The position numbers and the translations under genes are program-made. Shown piece by piece: positions 63,085 to 64,000 of a stretch of DNA of 64,000 bases (position 1 is its first letter; the number at the start of each line of letters is the position of its first letter). The DNA is from the human T2T-CHM13v2.0 reference genome, Homo sapiens: the NCBI RefSeq assembly GCF_009914755.1, contig NC_060938.1; one strand, written 5' to 3'. The notes under the pieces are model-generated. The model made no database searches. It had not been told where the DNA came from and saw only the letters and a program-made list of their open reading frames with translations.

Positions 63085-63326
63085 CTAAGCCAGTGGTATA
63101 GACACTGTCCCATTGGCTCTGCCTCTGCCCCGCAGGTGTATGCTGGGATCAGTCACATCATCCACATGCTCCTCACTCTTCTTTTCCTTCAGGCTGTTGA
63201 TGAACCTCAGGGTGATTTCATCCCATTCCTCAGGCAACAGCATCAGCAGAAACCCAATGCAGATGATGATGGTAGCAGCCAGGCGGACAACATTGAATAT
63301 CACCTCCTGCTTTAGGAGATCCACAG
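63085..63326 (-). CDS. SLC35F4: Last coding exon of solute carrier family 35 member F4 (EamA/DMT-fold putative transporter), phase-1 start
   Basis: (A)VDLLKQEVIFNVVRLAATIIICIGFLLMLLPEEWDEITLRFINSLKEKKSEEHVDDVTDPSIHLRGRGRANGTVSIPLA-TAG, recognised as the SLC35F4 C-terminus (last TM helix plus LLPEEWD motif shared with SLC35F3); acceptor tttttctttcctag|CT at 63327. Confidence 0.9.
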
Positions 63327-63345
63327 CTAGGAAAGAAAAATCAAG
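63327..63345 (-). promoter_or_regulatory. SLC35F4: 3' splice site (polypyrimidine tract + AG) of the last SLC35F4 intron
   Basis: Minus strand reads cttgatttttctttcctag. Confidence 0.85.
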
Positions 63346-63674
63346 TCAGTCATTTCCTATGCCTGTTTCTAAGCTTTGAAAACAAGTCACCAAAGTCCAT
63401 GTTACTTCTAGAGATTTCCAAGAGTCTTCTTTATTCTTCCAAGTTAGTGTTTCCTTTTTCCACATTGCTAGGTTTGCTTTCCACTGCCTGTCTCTAAGTC
63501 ATGCTTATCCTTCAAGGCTTAGCTTAAATTCCATGTAATCTGACTTAGTTATCTCCCCAGTTTTCTCTCAGTACTTTTCCTCTTTACCCCTTTAACCTTC
63601 TCCAGTTTCATTGGACCATTGGAGATTTTTCAAATGAGCCAAACATGTTAGTGTCTAACACTTGTGCAGGCTGT

Positions 63675-64000
63675 TCTTTTTAAAAATTTAATTGAGGTGA
63701 AATTCATGTAATATAAAATTAACCATTTTAAAGTGGACTTAGTGGCACTTAGTATATTCACAATATTATGCAGCCACCACCTCTCTCTGGTCCCCAGATA
63801 TCTCCATCACTTCAAAATAAAAGTCCATACCCATTAACTCCTCAGCTTCTTATCCCAAATCCCCAGCCCTTAGCAACCACCAATCTGCTTTTTTCCCCCT
63901 ATAGATTTGCCTATTCTAGTTATTTTATATAAATGGAGTCACATTCTCTGTGTTCTTTCGTGACTGGCTTCTTAGCAAAATATTTTTGAGGTCCATCCAT
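63675..64000 (-). mobile_element. L1MB-type 3' end in the SLC35F4 intron (runs off the window)
   Basis: attgaggtgaaattcatgtaatataaaattaaccattttaaag...tagcaaccaccaatctgcttt...atagatttgcctattct. Confidence 0.75.

Noticed and set aside
63322-63324. ORF-track start M for the SLC35F4 segment
   Set aside because: It is a GTG Val codon just inside a splice acceptor, not an initiation codon
62974-63379. Plus-strand ORFs of 113 and 88 aa
   Set aside because: Antisense shadows of the SLC35F4 exon

Overview
Primate (human/great-ape) genomic DNA, not prokaryotic. The only host coding sequence is the last coding exon of SLC35F4 on the minus strand (63085-63326), with its short 3'UTR and poly(A) signal. 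The other ~63 kb is the repeat-dense region downstream of that gene. About 29 kb is LINE-1: three full-length, decayed, minus-strand copies (L1PA6-like, L1PB1-like, L1PA7-like) plus several 5'-truncated L1PA2/3/6/7/8/13 copies, many of them nested. There are also seven Alu/Alu-monomer copies, ERVL/MaLR LTRs (THE1D, MLT1, MLT2, LTR16), hAT MITEs with intact 8-bp TSDs, and HAL1, L2 and MIR relics. Almost all long ORFs in the supplied track are L1 ORF1/ORF2 or Alu debris. I see no evidence of a wholly new biological system. The best leads are structural or regulatory: a probable L1PA2 insertion-mediated deletion; an L1PA6 inserted into an L1PA7 at the homologous position, giving a doubled 3'UTR; a short 3' transduction on the L1PB1; an orphan poly(A) insertion with TSD; an open 130-codon ORF0 homologue; an LTR-less ERV gag fragment between direct repeats; a candidate THE1D-driven spliced plus-strand transcript; a candidate alternative SLC35F4 terminal exon; and tandem poly(A) signals flanking a Pumilio element. 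Subfamily names come from my recollection of consensus sequences and need RepeatMasker/Dfam confirmation. Boundaries of ancient repeats are approximate.
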